A stretch of DNA of 60,469 bases, filler included, from Asterionella formosa (taxonomy: Eukaryota), in NCBI GenBank assembly GCA_002256025.1. It is 15 parts of 15 records of this genome, joined end to end, with 100 filler letters (N's around TTAATTAATTAA, not from the genome) between each part and the next. Parts side by side here need not be neighbours in the genome. Positions count along the whole stretch, not along the records: positions 56,540 to 60,469 come from NKIB01013824.1; 14 more parts are not named here. One strand, written 5' to 3'. Positions within the stretch are counted from its first letter, which is position 1. Every line of letters begins with the position of its first letter. This document shows positions 59,931-60,469 of this stretch, in pieces. The position numbers and the translations under genes are program-made. Under the pieces are notes generated by a model. That model worked only from the letters and a program-made list of their open reading frames with translations. It searched no databases and was not told the DNA's origin.

Positions 59931-60469
59931 CCCCCAGTATATCACTTACTTCCTGCTACTGGTACTCTGTATATATATATGATGTATTGTTATTGTCATA
60001 TGATGTACCGGTACACATGAAGAGCTCCCGCCAAAAAAAGGTGCGTAAACAATTTGCTACCAAAACCCTGGCGGCTATTCAACGGTCTAAATAATTAGTT
60101 TCAACGGACGTAGAAAATATCGATGCAAACAAATTTCAGAAACAATTCCGGTACACGTAGTCGTGGAAAACAATGGACATATAGTGCATTGAGTATTTTC
60201 GAATTATGTATATGCGAGTATGATCATCTCAACCATATCAGATGTTCCATATCGAGAGCGCGTTTGAATTTTATAAATGTATAACACTTAATATACATAT
60301 ATATTTACAAATTTTATTTCTATATGCATGGCATATATATTTTTTTTGAAATCGTTCTGTCATGTTAACAAACAATGCCTGCTGCTTCATGAAAAGATAC
60401 GTCGTAGTAAAGCACATTAAAAGAAAAGAAAATTTTCGCAATACATAACGAAAAACATTGTGACTTCGA

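Overview
Eukaryotic nuclear DNA, most likely from a diatom. The evidence for this is GT-AG introns, a PGRL1 fragment, a bipartite plastid-targeting 'SNA-F' leader, and diatom-type Copia, RNase H-bearing LINE and Crypton relics. The window is not one locus: it is 15 unplaced contigs of about 3.93-3.95 kb, roughly size-sorted and joined by artificial 100-nt N44-TTAATTAATTAA-N44 linkers, so neighbourhoods across linkers carry no meaning. Host genes are a cupin, RRP14/SURF6, a plastid-targeted hypothetical protein, a Lys-rich hypothetical protein, a CRAL-TRIO protein, a secreted ShK protein, an ATP synthase 6-kDa (i/j)-like subunit, a longin+TM protein without a SNARE motif, and cystathionine gamma-lyase. 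The rest is mostly decayed transposons: several Copia families, a LINE, a YR-retroelement-like relic, Cryptons, piggyBac-like and IS630/pogo-like elements, MITEs and tandem repeats. I cannot support a new multi-gene system. The best leads are: (i) abundant TA-CC(A/T)GG-TA arrays that match the predicted excision footprint of a CCAG...CTGG/TA-TSD transposon found here with both ends intact; (ii) an unclassified element family ending in (G)TCTGCAAATA with different internal content; (iii) a truncated PGRL1 fragment in a TE-like context; (iv) a phytolongin-like protein; (v) one MITE family located upstream of four host genes. All family assignments come from motif recognition, not database searches.
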